A model generated the notes under the pieces. It was not told where the DNA came from. It searched no databases and saw nothing but the letters and a program-made list of their open reading frames with translations. A stretch of 64,000 bases of DNA from a virus, in the IMG/VR virus record IMGVR_UViG_3300020580_000001, positions 1 to 64,000 of that record; one strand, given 5' to 3'. The stretch's first letter is position 1; every line of letters starts with the position of its first letter. Below are positions 8,340 to 17,291 of the stretch, piece by piece. The position numbers were made by a program, and so were the translations under genes.

Positions 8340-9106
8340 TGCTCTATAACACGCTTGGTAAGCGCACAAATTACAAACCTAACATGCCATGGGGATTGGA
8401 TGAACTGACATCTAGCCGACAACTTGAACGCGGGACCGAGGGAGGTGTCTTATTCGCACGCAAGGGAGACGGAGACGAGAAGGCATCCGCACGTCAATTG
8501 GTGCTTAATATATTCCATCAGCGCATGAAGTCCCGACTTCAAATGCTAACAATGCCAGGCGTTAATTGGAAGTTTGAACGCAAGCTCTTTGGTATACGCG
8601 AGGGCGATTGGATGAACAAGCCAAATCCTCAACGCACATATTTTATCACCGCAGAAAATAATCGTGCTATTTTCTCTGCTTCGCTTCATAAAATTCCTGG
8701 AATGCATAGATCAATCATTAAGGAAACAAAACCTAAGCCATTCGCCGAAATAGGTTTTAAGTCATCTTTTGCATCACATTATTTCTGCAATGTCGATGAT
8801 CTTATGGCTTATGACAAATGGAGAGAAGGAAAGTTTACCGCCGCTTGGTTGGATTATACCGGCCCTCTTAACACCGAACGTCTGGACATAATCAAACGCT
8901 TTTATGATCGGCATTTGAGGCGTGGAATACTCATTGTAACCGCACTAAAGGCACGGTGGAATATGGCCACAGTCAACGCCATTGATAATGCTGGCGGTTA
9001 TTTTGAATGGCTACAGCAACACCTTGATGGCGACGTTCTGCACAATATTGAGTATATGGATACCTCTCCTATGGCACAGTTTGCCGTAGCCAGGAGAGCA
9101 GTATGA
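8339..9106 (+). CDS. hypothetical protein, possibly SAM-dependent methyltransferase-like
   Basis: 255-aa ORF with TAATG coupling; MLTMPG...ITAENN...AAWLDYTG pattern suggests a Rossmann-type fold. Confidence 0.6.
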   Translation: MLYNTLGKRTNYKPNMPWGLDELTSSRQLERGTEGGVLFARKGDGDEKASARQLVLNIFHQRMKSRLQMLTMPGVNWKFERKLFGIREGDWMNKPNPQRTYFITAENNRAIFSASLHKIPGMHRSIIKETKPKPFAEIGFKSSFASHYFCNVDDLMAYDKWREGKFTAAWLDYTGPLNTERLDIIKRFYDRHLRRGILIVTALKARWNMATVNAIDNAGGYFEWLQQHLDGDVLHNIEYMDTSPMAQFAVARRAV

Positions 9107-9228
9107 AGCTTGGCACTGCAATCACAATAACTGTGCCACTAGGAACGGCAATTGGCCTCATTGCGCTTGAATGGCCGGTTTGGATTGCTTGCCTTGTGGG
9201 GCTTTCAATTTTCGGGAGAGCAGCATGA
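9103..9228 (+). CDS. small membrane protein (41 aa, below ORF-track cutoff)
   Basis: MKLGTAITITVPLGTAIGLIALEWPVWIACLVGLSIFGRAA; AGGAG RBS, ATGA overlap on both sides. Confidence 0.6.
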   Translation: MKLGTAITITVPLGTAIGLIALEWPVWIACLVGLSIFGRAA

Positions 9229-9449
9229 GCATCGACATAAGTTACGGGAAAAATGATGCGGAATTCGCTGCCGACATAGCTTCGATTAGCGCCTCATTCG
9301 ATCGTCTTATCGCGGAGAATCGGCGCCTCCGCAAAGCGAATTCCGGGCTGCGCGTGGCCGCGGCGGTCGCACTTACTTTCATGAGTCCTACTGGACATGC
9401 TCAGGACATGCTTCGCGACGCGATTGCCAAAGCCGAGGAGGCGTCATGA
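9225..9449 (+). CDS. hypothetical protein
   Basis: GGAG RBS, ATGA coupling, ...RDAIAKAE tail common in phage early proteins. Confidence 0.6.
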   Translation: MSIDISYGKNDAEFAADIASISASFDRLIAENRRLRKANSGLRVAAAVALTFMSPTGHAQDMLRDAIAKAEEAS

Positions 9450-9851
9450 TTCCAATTTTCTTCTGCATGACAGTAGCATTCGCCTGCGTATTCTTCAGCT
9501 ATTTCGGAGGAAGGTTGCCATGAATTTTGATTTTTTTGAAGGATACATTTTAGGAAGCATATGCACCTCAATAATCTTTTATTGTTAACAAGTATGTTGG
9601 TGAGTAGCATGATCAATGGCGCTATCTTGATCATTTGTGGAATTATAATAGGGCTCGTGGCAGCACTGATACTAGGCGCCCTAGCCGAGCCTGATAATAT
9701 TGAGGAATGATTGTATGATGAGTCTGAATCCCGGCAATTAGGCCGGGCGCTGCCGGACATGCCAATCCCCGGTAGCAAAGGATGCGGGGGCCAATTCCTC
9801 CCTGGCTCCCGCATCCGAATACCGTCATGTCACGCTAATAGGAGAACTAGA

Positions 9852-10196
9852 ATGCTACAAAAGACAAATGCCAGGACCCTTCGCCTATTGGATTTTGCGG
9901 ACTTTTTAGAGAATCTTCCTGATGATAGGATTGACCTAACAAGTTGGTGCTGGCCGTTCCGCAAAGGCTGCAATACCGTGGGTTGCTATGCTGGTCACAC
10001 GATCTATAGGTATGGTACGAAGACTCAAATAGCGAATATGGAATGTAATATGCGATCGCCCAGCATGGAATCGCCCCGCATGGTCGCGGAGAAACTTCTT
10101 GATCTTCGTGATACTTACTCACCAAGATTATTTACAAATCTAAGCATAACAAAAACACAGGCGGTGCAGGCACTCCGCAAGTGGGCATTCGAATGA
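9852..10196 (+). CDS. hypothetical protein
   Basis: AGGAG RBS before ATG 9852. Confidence 0.65.
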   Translation: MLQKTNARTLRLLDFADFLENLPDDRIDLTSWCWPFRKGCNTVGCYAGHTIYRYGTKTQIANMECNMRSPSMESPRMVAEKLLDLRDTYSPRLFTNLSITKTQAVQALRKWAFE

Positions 10197-10233
10197 TTAA
10201 CGAACCGAATCAGGCAAAAAGGAGCATCATCAT

Positions 10234-10755
10234 ATGACTAAGTCTGACCGACACCGCGCATTCGAGGGCATTCCAGTCGTGGAAGCCAAGAAGGAATTGA
10301 GGGTTTTTATAAACTCAGACGATATCAAAACGGCGATTAGAAAAGATCCAGCGCATTGTGCATTTTCAAATGCATGTCGACGACTTTTTGGATCTCATTC
10401 CGTCGTATTCTTTCGCACTGTCGCCTATGTGGAATTGCCGGACGGGAAAGGCTCTACACGCATCGAAAGATTTGCACTGACAAAAGAAACGAAGCGCCTA
10501 ATTAAAAAATTTGATCGCACTGGAAAGGCTTCCATGGACGGATATGTACTTATCCCACCTTCAATCGGGTTTACTATGGATTACCGGCGAAAGATTGGTC
10601 AGGAATATTCCGCTTCCGGGAGACGCCGCGAAGTGATAGCACTTCGTACGCGTGTTAAAAAGAAAGAGGCAACTGACATTAGAAGCGGAAAGGGCATAGT
10701 ACAGTTTATTATGCGCGAGAAAAAATCACTTCGGATATTATTGGCTGCATCATGA
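10234..10755 (+). CDS. hypothetical protein
   Basis: AGGAG RBS; 173 aa. Confidence 0.7.
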   Translation: MTKSDRHRAFEGIPVVEAKKELRVFINSDDIKTAIRKDPAHCAFSNACRRLFGSHSVVFFRTVAYVELPDGKGSTRIERFALTKETKRLIKKFDRTGKASMDGYVLIPPSIGFTMDYRRKIGQEYSASGRRREVIALRTRVKKKEATDIRSGKGIVQFIMREKKSLRILLAAS

Positions 10756-10957
10756 TGGATGGAGCGATGATGTTTGTTTATTTCGCAATAACGGTCTCTA
10801 CAGTAGGGATAACGATTGCAATCTATTTTTTGGAGGCGAAGCTTAATCGAATAGAGGAGAAGATCGATAGAATCGACGCATGGCTTGCGGAGGCACACCA
10901 TGTTTGAGAATTTCATGCTTGTATGCGTAATCTATGTCCTCGCCTGGATTTTCCAAG

Positions 10958-11461
10958 ATGCCAAATAACATCCAAACATCCGTCCGGATTTATGAGGCGA
11001 TTAAGGAGCAACTTGCATTTGAGCATGATCTTTTGCCGGAGGACCAATGTCTTATCGACACGCTTGACGGGCTAACCGATTTAAATGAGCAAATCGCCGC
11101 GCTTGTTCGCGATGCGGTGCGCGCGAAAGCAATGGCTGATGCTCTCAAGATAATTATCGAGGACAATGCTTCGCGCAAACAACGATTTGAAGCCAAGGCA
11201 GAACGATTGAGGGCTTTGGCACTATGGGCATTGACCGAAGCAAATATTCAGCGCGTCGAGGCGCCCGATATGACCATCTCGCAAGTGCCTGGAAGGCCAT
11301 CTGTTGTCATTACCGACGAAGCGGCTATCCCGGATGAATTCTGTAAACTCATCCGCGTGCCAAAAAAGACTGAAATCGCGGAAGAACTGAAGAGCGGGCG
11401 CTTCGTGCCATATGCGGTCTGGTCAAATCCTGAGAAAGTTTTGAGAGTGCAAACAAAATGA
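10958..11461 (+). CDS. siphovirus Gp157-family (Gam-like) protein
   Basis: DTLDG...coiled coil...[14 protein letters not shown]...[13 protein letters not shown] pattern. Confidence 0.75.
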   Translation: MPNNIQTSVRIYEAIKEQLAFEHDLLPEDQCLIDTLDGLTDLNEQIAALVRDAVRAKAMADALKIIIEDNASRKQRFEAKAERLRALALWALTEANIQRVEAPDMTISQVPGRPSVVITDEAAIPDEFCKLIRVPKKTEIAEELKSGRFVPYAVWSNPEKVLRVQTK

Positions 11462-11934
11462 TGCCAAGAGTTCAAAAATCGCTAGCCGAACGTTTTTGGC
11501 CAAAAGTTATTATTGGCGGTAATAATGATTGTTGGCTTTGGGCGGGCGCCAAAGATAGTAATGGATATGGGCGCATACAAGCTATTAACGCACAAGGACA
11601 ATGGCGTGCACAGCTAGCAACACGGATATCTTATATGCTTGCTAACGGTGAACTAGATTCCTCGATCGGCGTTTGCCATCATTGTGACAATCCACAATGT
11701 GTAAATCCAAATCATCTTTTTATTGGATCTCAAGCCGCAAATATGGCTGATGCACAACGCAAGGGTAGGATACCAAACCGAACTACCGGACATTTCCAAG
11801 CTGTAAAAACTCATTGCCCAAGAGGGCACGAATATACCGAAGAAAACACCTACTGGCCACCAGGAAAAAATGAGCGATGGTGTAGAGAGTGTCAGCGCAT
11901 GCACAACCGTAATTTCAAAAGGAAATCATCATGA
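11458..11934 (+). CDS. HNH homing endonuclease
   Basis: [36 protein letters not shown]...CREC. Confidence 0.9.
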   Translation: MMPRVQKSLAERFWPKVIIGGNNDCWLWAGAKDSNGYGRIQAINAQGQWRAQLATRISYMLANGELDSSIGVCHHCDNPQCVNPNHLFIGSQAANMADAQRKGRIPNRTTGHFQAVKTHCPRGHEYTEENTYWPPGKNERWCRECQRMHNRNFKRKSS

Positions 11935-12341
11935 AAATAAGCTCGGCGTTCCCATCAGATTACTTAAGAGCTGCCGACCTTCAAGGACGTGCTGTAACTG
12001 TCACTATGGCACATGTCAATATGGAAAAAGTTGGCAATGACCAAAAGCCAATTCTATATTTTCAGGGGAAAGAACGCGGATTGGTACTAAATGTAACAAA
12101 CGCTAAAAAAATTGCTGAGATATATGGCGACGACACCGAAAATTGGACTGGCGCAAAAATCGTCCTCTACGAAGCAATGGTGGATTTTAAAGGCGACACT
12201 GTCGCGGCAATTAGAGTTCGTATTGCTCCCGCAAAAGCGAATGGACCAAGCCAAATTCAGGATTACGCAAATCCAAAGCCAAGGCCATCTCCGCCGCCAT
12301 CTGAAGACGACGTTATTTATGACGACCCGATTCCTTTTTAA
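11931..12341 (+). CDS. putative single-stranded DNA-binding protein
   Basis: Beta-rich core, Pro-rich linker and acidic DDPIPF tail like SSB; next to Gp157. Confidence 0.6.
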   Translation: MKISSAFPSDYLRAADLQGRAVTVTMAHVNMEKVGNDQKPILYFQGKERGLVLNVTNAKKIAEIYGDDTENWTGAKIVLYEAMVDFKGDTVAAIRVRIAPAKANGPSQIQDYANPKPRPSPPPSEDDVIYDDPIPF

Positions 12342-12355
12342 CTAAGGACAAGGCA

Positions 12356-12595
12356 ATGGGTCCGCTCGAAAAAGAAATTGCCGCGTACATAACAGCTACG
12401 CTCGCTCGCATTGCCGCGCCATGGACATCTGCAGCTGATTTGAAATCATGGTGGTTCAGCCAGCGCGAAAAGGACATGCGCGCATCGCTTGTGATCACCG
12501 GAACAACTCCGGAGCATAGACAGCTTTACAATGCTTTCATGGCACGCGGGAATGCGCTCGCGACGGCATCACATATTAGGGGTGGAGCTGAATGA
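12356..12595 (+). CDS. hypothetical protein
   Basis: AAGGA RBS. Confidence 0.55.
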   Translation: MGPLEKEIAAYITATLARIAAPWTSAADLKSWWFSQREKDMRASLVITGTTPEHRQLYNAFMARGNALATASHIRGGAE

Positions 12596-13062
12596 AAGTA
12601 ACCGCAGAGCCACCAATGGCGTTCAAAGCAACATTTGCCAAAATCAATCCGATCATGACTCGCGAGGTGGTTCAATTTATCTTTGAAGTGCCGACGGATG
12701 AAGCGGATGCCGCACTCAAGCTTCTTGGCGGGATGCCAAAATCGCGATCGGAGCGGTGGTGCGCTATTGCGAGGCTTGATTTAGAGCACGGTAACGGCGA
12801 GGAGAAGACAACACATAACCAACATGTGGTTGGTCGCCGTGCCTTCAGTAATCTTCCGTTCCCCCAACAAGCAGGCATCCTAAGCAAAGATGCTGCTTTT
12901 CAATATTGGATAAATGGCGGCTTTCTCTCGGAGCAGGATTGCGCGGCTGGAATCCGGAAACGTTGCGGAGTTGAGTCGCGTTCAGACCTTCAGGCCGGGA
13001 CGCCGGCCGGAGAAAAATGGCTTTCGTTATTACGGGAATTCGAGGGGAGAGAGATACGGTGA
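12592..13062 (+). CDS. hypothetical protein
   Basis: GGAG RBS, ATGA coupling; IRKRCGVESRSDL motif. Confidence 0.65.
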   Translation: MKVTAEPPMAFKATFAKINPIMTREVVQFIFEVPTDEADAALKLLGGMPKSRSERWCAIARLDLEHGNGEEKTTHNQHVVGRRAFSNLPFPQQAGILSKDAAFQYWINGGFLSEQDCAAGIRKRCGVESRSDLQAGTPAGEKWLSLLREFEGREIR

Positions 13063-13158
13063 GCATATTAGGCATTGGATTAACTGTCGCGACAAGCTTT
13101 CTAGCGGGCGTCGGTGTTGGATTCTATATGCTTATCATAGTGATTGGGAGATTGCTTG

Positions 13159-13548
13159 TTGACCCGCCATAATTTCACCAAGGCCACAATGGTCGCCAGT
13201 TTCCAACTCTGCGGGGGCCATTGCGAAGGCGTCCTAAAAACTGGAAAACGCTGCAATGCTGTTCTGGTGCCTGGACGCTGGCATTGTGATCATCATAATC
13301 CTGATGCTCTTGGCGGCCAGCCAACGTTAGAAAATGCAAGATGCCTATGCCTTGAATGCCATGCAGCAAAGACTGGAATCGATATGGCCTACATCGCGCA
13401 ATCCCACCAACGAGAGGCCAAGAATATAGGTGTACCATGGCCAAAGCCATCGATTAAATCACGGGGGTTTCCGAAGGCAGAAAAGCCCAAGCGCGAACAA
13501 CTTCCGCTGCCGCCGCGGAAAGTTGATGCTTATGGAGGGCGGCAATGA
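13159..13548 (+). CDS. HNH endonuclease
   Basis: CEG...C...HCDHHNPDALGGQPTLENARCLCLECHAAKT. Confidence 0.85.
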   Translation: MTRHNFTKATMVASFQLCGGHCEGVLKTGKRCNAVLVPGRWHCDHHNPDALGGQPTLENARCLCLECHAAKTGIDMAYIAQSHQREAKNIGVPWPKPSIKSRGFPKAEKPKREQLPLPPRKVDAYGGRQ

Positions 13549-13581
13549 GATTGCAGTTAACCAACTAAACGAGGATATCAA

Positions 13582-13977
13582 ATGAAAAAGCTTTCAGTTA
13601 TCGCCGTCGCGACTCTTCTAGCATCGCCATCTTATGCCTGGCATGCAATTACTATAACTAACACCACAGATCCAGTGACGGTTGTATCAGCAATATTCAC
13701 CGTCAAGGGCGTCAAGGCCCAGACATTTAATCTCGATCTTCCAGGTGGTCCTGGTTGGTTTCGGGTATTTGGTCCATTGCATGAAGACGGCGGCCCATGC
13801 CTTCGGCACCTTACTATCGTTGTCAGTAATCCATATTTCGGTGTTGCATCTCAAACAGCCGCGACAAAAATGAATGTATGTACTGAGACAGAAATTAATG
13901 TTAGCGGCGTATGGCCGGTAAGCGCATGGCCTTATGGCGGTGTTGGAACGGCACCACTAGTTATCACGCATAGGTAA
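13582..13977 (+). CDS. exported protein with Sec signal peptide
   Basis: MKKLSVIAVATLLASPSYA signal; GAGGA RBS. Confidence 0.75.
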   Translation: MKKLSVIAVATLLASPSYAWHAITITNTTDPVTVVSAIFTVKGVKAQTFNLDLPGGPGWFRVFGPLHEDGGPCLRHLTIVVSNPYFGVASQTAATKMNVCTETEINVSGVWPVSAWPYGGVGTAPLVITHR

Positions 13978-14010
13978 TCATAATGCGCGGTTCGATTAGG
14001 GCGGTTCAGT

Positions 14011-14361
14011 ATGACCCGTGACGAACACCGCGCGAAGTGCATCGAAGTAATGGCTCGAACATGGCTCAAACGACGTGGATACGATATCGACAGCGGCGAC
14101 AATCCATCTCTCGCATGGATTTTAAGACAGACAATTGACGAGCTTGTGGAGGTCTTCGATGCACTTCCTATGGCTGGCGCGCGCGTCGTGCCGGTCGAGG
14201 CGACGGAGGAGATGATCGATGCTGCCAGCAAGACCAAGCGCCCATGGGCTGACTGTTTCGAACTGATGGCTGCCGCTGGCGACCTCACCAATGATCCTGA
14301 TGCAGGATTACCAACCGCCGCCGATGTGCGAGGAATCCTAAAGCCAGATGGCAAGCCATGA
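14011..14361 (+). CDS. cassette ORF 1 (MTRDEHRAKCIE...DLTN...PDGKP)
   Basis: ORF track; carries both repeats. Confidence 0.75.
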   Translation: MTRDEHRAKCIEVMARTWLKRRGYDIDSGDNPSLAWILRQTIDELVEVFDALPMAGARVVPVEATEEMIDAASKTKRPWADCFELMAAAGDLTNDPDAGLPTAADVRGILKPDGKP

Positions 14362-14561
14362 TCCGCATGCCGCCAGTCATAATCGAAGCCCTGCCCCCTG
14401 AAATTTGCCAGCAATGCGGCAAACTGGACGAGCTGCGCCCATATGGAAAACGCCAAGACAACGGCGCCCGCCTATGGATCTGCTTCCGTTGCATGATGCT
14501 GGACGAGGAAGAGGGCAAGCGCGCATTTAATGAGCGGTTCGATGAGGAAGGTTCAGTATGA
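14358..14561 (+). CDS. cassette ORF 2, small CxxC...CxxC Zn-ribbon protein
   Basis: CQQC...ELRPYG...ICFRC; ATGA overlaps. Confidence 0.7.
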   Translation: MIRMPPVIIEALPPEICQQCGKLDELRPYGKRQDNGARLWICFRCMMLDEEEGKRAFNERFDEEGSV

Positions 14562-14665
14562 CCCGTGACGAACACCGCGCTGCTTTCTTCTGGTATTGGC
14601 TTGGCTTCATCATGGGGAGCTTCAGCGTCATGGGCTCACTTGCACTCACGGGACATCTGATATGA
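14558..14665 (+). CDS. cassette ORF 3, 35-aa membrane peptide
   Basis: Hand translation MTRDEHRAAFFWYWLGFIMGSFSVMGSLALTGHLI; ATGA overlap at both ends. Confidence 0.65.
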   Translation: MTRDEHRAAFFWYWLGFIMGSFSVMGSLALTGHLI

Positions 14666-14817
14666 CCCGCGACGAACACCGCGCGAAGTGCATCGAACGT
14701 GCCGCATTAGCTGTGATCAAAGCGACATGGCGAAATCTCGATACAAAGCCATGGCCGCAGAAATACGCAGCCCCATACGGGGCTCTCGTCAAACTACAGA
14801 AAGCGCTTGAACAATGA
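14662..14817 (+). CDS. cassette ORF 4 (51 aa)
   Basis: MTRDEHRAKCIERAAL...KALEQ; ATGA overlaps. Confidence 0.65.
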   Translation: MTRDEHRAKCIERAALAVIKATWRNLDTKPWPQKYAAPYGALVKLQKALEQ

Positions 14818-15077
14818 CCCGCGACGAACACCGCGCGAAGTGCATCGAGGCGATCGCCGACGAGCTTGAGCCGGATTGGCGAAGATTGCAGAAAATTGAT
14901 TGGGCTCATGGGATCGTTGTCCTCCGCAAAGCCGCCCGTATCTTCGACTCCCTTCATGACATCGCGCGCGTTGTGATAGTAGGCGCCGTAATGAGGGCTA
15001 CCATTAGGCAAGATGGTAACTTTGATGTTTGTACCAACGAGGTAGACCTCACCAACCCACCGGAGAGCAAGCCGTGA
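14814..15077 (+). CDS. cassette ORF 5 (paralog of ORF 1)
   Basis: MTRDEHRAKCIE...FDSL...ARVV...DLTNPPESKP. Confidence 0.7.
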   Translation: MTRDEHRAKCIEAIADELEPDWRRLQKIDWAHGIVVLRKAARIFDSLHDIARVVIVGAVMRATIRQDGNFDVCTNEVDLTNPPESKP

Positions 15078-15235
15078 TTCCTATTGCCCTTGCAATATAT
15101 GCCATAGCTATAGCGATAGATCGGTGCTGGAACACACACGACAATGGAGGGTCACCAACAGGAGCGATTTGTTTTTTTGGAATAGTGATCTTTGCCATCC
15201 GCGACCTCACCAACCCACCGGAGAAGAAGCCTTGA
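15074..15235 (+). CDS. cassette ORF 6, small 2-TM protein
   Basis: GTG start inside the repeat; IPIALAIYAIAIAID...AICFFGIVIFAIRDLTNPPEKKP. Confidence 0.65.
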   Translation: MIPIALAIYAIAIAIDRCWNTHDNGGSPTGAICFFGIVIFAIRDLTNPPEKKP

Positions 15236-15363
15236 CGCCGTTCTGGGATCAGCAATCTGGGGCAGCTGGAGGCCTTCTATACGCTCTCGTATGCGCCTCG
15301 CTAATTATGATAATTTTGAGATTGTGGCGCGACCTCACCAACCCGCCGGAGGGCAAGCCGTGA
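15232..15363 (+). CDS. cassette ORF 7, small TM protein
   Basis: TTG start inside the repeat; ...GLLYALVCASLIMIILRLWRDLTNPPEGKP. Confidence 0.65.
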   Translation: MTPFWDQQSGAAGGLLYALVCASLIMIILRLWRDLTNPPEGKP

Positions 15364-15557
15364 GCGAAGCGTACATTTTGATCATAATAGGGTCCGGTGG
15401 CTTACATGGACTTGGCTTCACTGCGACATTCCAAAATAAAGACGCATGTGAGCACGCCCGCGCTACGGCCATGGAAACTTTCACCGGAGAATGGAAATCC
15501 GTTGTGAAATCTATGTGCGTTCCGTACGCCACCAACCCACCGGAGGGCAAGCCGTGA
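15360..15557 (+). CDS. cassette ORF 8
   Basis: GTG start; SEAYILIIIG...FQNKDACEHA...MCVPYATNPPEGKP. Confidence 0.65.
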   Translation: MSEAYILIIIGSGGLHGLGFTATFQNKDACEHARATAMETFTGEWKSVVKSMCVPYATNPPEGKP

Positions 15558-15886
15558 CCAGCACATTAACCGCCGCCGGGATTGCCCTATGCACAACCTT
15601 GATAGGCAACCCAAATCCTAATTATGAAGAGTGCAGTACCGCGATTTCAAGATCGCAGCCGCCAATGGATCAATTTTACAAATCGCCATCTCTAAATGAG
15701 CACTGCCCAGACTCGATGAAGTGCGATCATGAGAAGTGGCCTGACTGCACCGCATGGTCCACCTATGATATTTTAGACGGCTCAAAAGGCACGTCCTATT
15801 TTTGCCGCCGCAACGCAAGGCTGATTTGGCTGCCCGATGGAAGATGGAGCTGGATCGTTGACAGCCCGCCGGAGGGCAAGCCGTGA
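15554..15886 (+). CDS. cassette ORF 9, Cys-rich protein
   Basis: GTG start; six Cys; ends DSPPEGKP. Confidence 0.65.
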   Translation: MTSTLTAAGIALCTTLIGNPNPNYEECSTAISRSQPPMDQFYKSPSLNEHCPDSMKCDHEKWPDCTAWSTYDILDGSKGTSYFCRRNARLIWLPDGRWSWIVDSPPEGKP

Positions 15887-16158
15887 CCCCGCTACGCCCG
15901 CGGGATATTGCCGCCCGGTGGCAGTGCAGCGAACGCCATATTCTTAATCTCATTCGCTGGCACGACTTGCCAGCCTTTCGAATTGGAGGCAAATTGCTTC
16001 GCGTTCCCCTAGACGCCGTTGAGGCATATGAGAGATGTCACCTAAATTCAGGCTCATCAAATACCGCGGATGGTTCTATGCCGCATGGCGGGAGGACGGA
16101 GTCTCGCGCCGCAAAGCGCTCCGTACCCGCGATCGTGAATCTGCCGAGCAAACGCTAA
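15883..16158 (+). CDS. xis: excisionase (HTH_17 type)
   Basis: LRPRDIAARWQCSERHILNLI...LPAFRIGGKLLRVPLDAVEAYE; overlaps int. Confidence 0.85.
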   Translation: MTPLRPRDIAARWQCSERHILNLIRWHDLPAFRIGGKLLRVPLDAVEAYERCHLNSGSSNTADGSMPHGGRTESRAAKRSVPAIVNLPSKR

Positions 16159-17066
16159 AGTCTTTCACCGCCGCATTCGAAATCGCCAATAGGCCAGAAA
16201 TTATCACTGTGGAGTATTGTTGGAATGGGTATCGCGAGACGCTTAAAGGAAGACCTGCATTTTCGACTATGGGCTTTGAAGCAAAGTCTGTTCTTCCTTT
16301 TTTTGGCTCTCTCGACGCCATATCAATTTCGGAAGACGACTGCAGGACTTACCTTGTCAAGCGCCAAGTGGCAGGCCGCGCATCTGGTACTGTATGGACC
16401 GAGCTTGGCCGACTCCGATCGGCACTGAAATGGGCAGAACGGAAAAACTTAATCGCGAAGGCCCCGGCAATCTACCGGCCGCCGATGCCGCCGCCGCGGG
16501 ACTTAAGGTTGACGCGCGAACAGGCAAAATCATTTTTGACGGCCGCCAAAATGCCCCACGTCCGCCTATTTACTTTACTAGCTATGACGACTGGCGCGCG
16601 TATGAGTGCATTGTTAGGGCTCACTTGGGATCGTGTGGACTTCACTGGACGCTTAATCGATTTAGCCGATCCGGGGCGCCCGAAGACTAAGAAAGGAAGG
16701 GCCGTGGTGCCGATCAACCGGACGCTAATGGCGGCCCTCCAGGAAGCCAGCGCTGGTGCTCTGACGCCCTATGTCATCGAATGGGCAGGGCACCCGGTCA
16801 AGGAGGTCAAACATGCCTTGGCGAGCGTTGGAAGGCGATGCGGCTTGCCCTGGGTGACGGCGCACGTGTTTCGTCACTCGGTTGCCTCGTGGCTCGCGGA
16901 AGATGGGGTGAGCATGGAGAAGATCGCCGAATTGCTTGGGCACGCAGACAGCCGCACGACCTACAAAACCTATGTGCGGTTCACGCCAGATTTCTTACGC
17001 GACGCGGCCGAGGCGCTGGAGATCGACGCGTTCAAACAAGATGTGCGCCGCAATGCTAATTCTTAA
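16035..17066 (+). CDS. int: tyrosine recombinase / phage integrase
   Basis: TTGARMS (R), KTKKG (K), HVFRH, LLGH, TYKTY (Y) catalytic set. Confidence 0.95.
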   Translation: MSPKFRLIKYRGWFYAAWREDGVSRRKALRTRDRESAEQTLKSFTAAFEIANRPEIITVEYCWNGYRETLKGRPAFSTMGFEAKSVLPFFGSLDAISISEDDCRTYLVKRQVAGRASGTVWTELGRLRSALKWAERKNLIAKAPAIYRPPMPPPRDLRLTREQAKSFLTAAKMPHVRLFTLLAMTTGARMSALLGLTWDRVDFTGRLIDLADPGRPKTKKGRAVVPINRTLMAALQEASAGALTPYVIEWAGHPVKEVKHALASVGRRCGLPWVTAHVFRHSVASWLAEDGVSMEKIAELLGHADSRTTYKTYVRFTPDFLRDAAEALEIDAFKQDVRRNANS

Positions 17067-17291
17067 GAGGCTGATAGCCGTATGTTTGGCGTCGATTCTG
17101 TTTGTCGCTTATTGGGCCGGATTTATCATCGCTGAGAATGACGCATATACTCATGGCCATAACGGCTTCGTGCATGATCCTACTGGAATACTCTTATATG
17201 TTGCAGCGGTACTCCTAAGCGTAATTTCGATACCGATTCTGGTCTGGCTTTGGGAGTAACTCTCGCGGCGCAGCCGAGGCGCTGGAGATCG
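16998..17291 (+). repeat. 28-bp direct repeat of the int 3' end
   Basis: CGCGACGCGGCCGAGGCGCTGGAGATCG (16998-17025) vs CGCGGCGCAGCCGAGGCGCTGGAGATCG (17264-17291), 2 mismatches. Confidence 0.9.
17053..17259 (+). CDS. small 2-TM membrane protein flanked by direct repeats
   Basis: MLILKRLIAVCLASILFVAYWAGFII...ILLYVAAVLLSVISIPILVWLWE. Confidence 0.65.
   Translation: MLILKRLIAVCLASILFVAYWAGFIIAENDAYTHGHNGFVHDPTGILLYVAAVLLSVISIPILVWLWE

Larger units (their letters stand above)
13981..15886 (+). repeat. micro-gene cassette array delimited by two repeat families
   Basis: 5' repeat ATGACCCGYGACGAACACCGCGC(GAAGTGCATCGA) at 14011, 14558, 14662, 14814; 3' repeat (GACCTCACCAA)CCCRCCGGAGRRSAAGCCKTGA ending at 15077, 15235, 15363, 15557, 15886, degenerate at 14281 and 14361; 53-bp near-duplicate 13981-14033 vs 14528-14580. 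Confidence 0.95.

Noticed and set aside
13981-15886. CRISPR array
   Set aside because: Spacers are about 80-300 bp, variable and protein-coding; the repeats encode RBS/start/stop; no cas genes are visible
13981-17066. Classical integron
   Set aside because: The repeats are not palindromic attC-like sites and the recombinase is an xis-coupled phage integrase; Int involvement in the array is untested
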